64,000 nt of DNA, taken from NCBI GenBank assembly GCA_904063045.1, contig CAJFCJ010000007.1:3603404-3667403 (forward strand), in the 5' to 3' direction. The stretch comes from Dimorphilus gyrociliatus (lineage: Eukaryota > Animalia > Annelida). The position numbers were made by a program, and so were the translations under genes. Shown here piece after piece: positions 63,853 to 64,000 of the stretch. Below the pieces are notes generated by a model, which was not told the DNA's origin, made no database searches, and saw only the letters and a program-made list of their open reading frames with translations. The stretch's first letter is position 1. Each line of letters opens with the position of its first letter.

Positions 63853-64000
63853 CAGTATATTCATAAGCTTATATTCCAATATACTCTATTTTCAAATATA
63901 TATTTATATGTATATATATATATAGTTATTAAACATGATATTATTTCATTAGTATATTAAATTTATCGCCTTTACTAGCATTTACTATTTATATATACAT

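Overview
AT-rich, compact animal (invertebrate) genomic DNA with mostly 50-100 nt GT-AG introns; the species cannot be determined from sequence alone. I reconstructed 14 protein-coding genes by hand, checking splice phases and reading frames. In order: RECK (5'-partial, +), an intronless carotenoid-oxygenase-family gene (+), ARHGAP21/23 (+), an intronless steroid-5-alpha-reductase/TECR-family gene (-), CFAP221 (-) with a small heat-shock gene nested antisense in its intron 6, ARF1 (-), CFAP77 (+), two tandem BarH homeobox genes (+) in a ~24 kb gene-poor region studded with CTCF-like motifs, SPIDR (-), intronless IGHMBP2 (-), dysbindin/DTNBP1 (+) and a TOX HMG-box gene (-). One 233-nt assembly gap (32400-32632). 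Top observations: (1) a candidate 115-nt intron between IGHMBP2 and SPIDR whose removal leaves IGHMBP2 protein unchanged and recreates its stop as a TGA overlapping the SPIDR ATG (AUGA stop-start, candidate bicistronic mRNA); (2) a 137-nt 100% identical homeobox tract between BarH paralogs that are otherwise heavily diverged at synonymous sites (gene conversion or assembly artefact); (3) CFAP77-BarH adjacency matching human CFAP77-BARHL1; (4) two equally spaced inverted CTCF-motif pairs at the distal edge of the Bar region; (5) a carotenoid oxygenase with a signal-peptide-like N-terminus. All family assignments are from recalled protein motifs, not from database searches.
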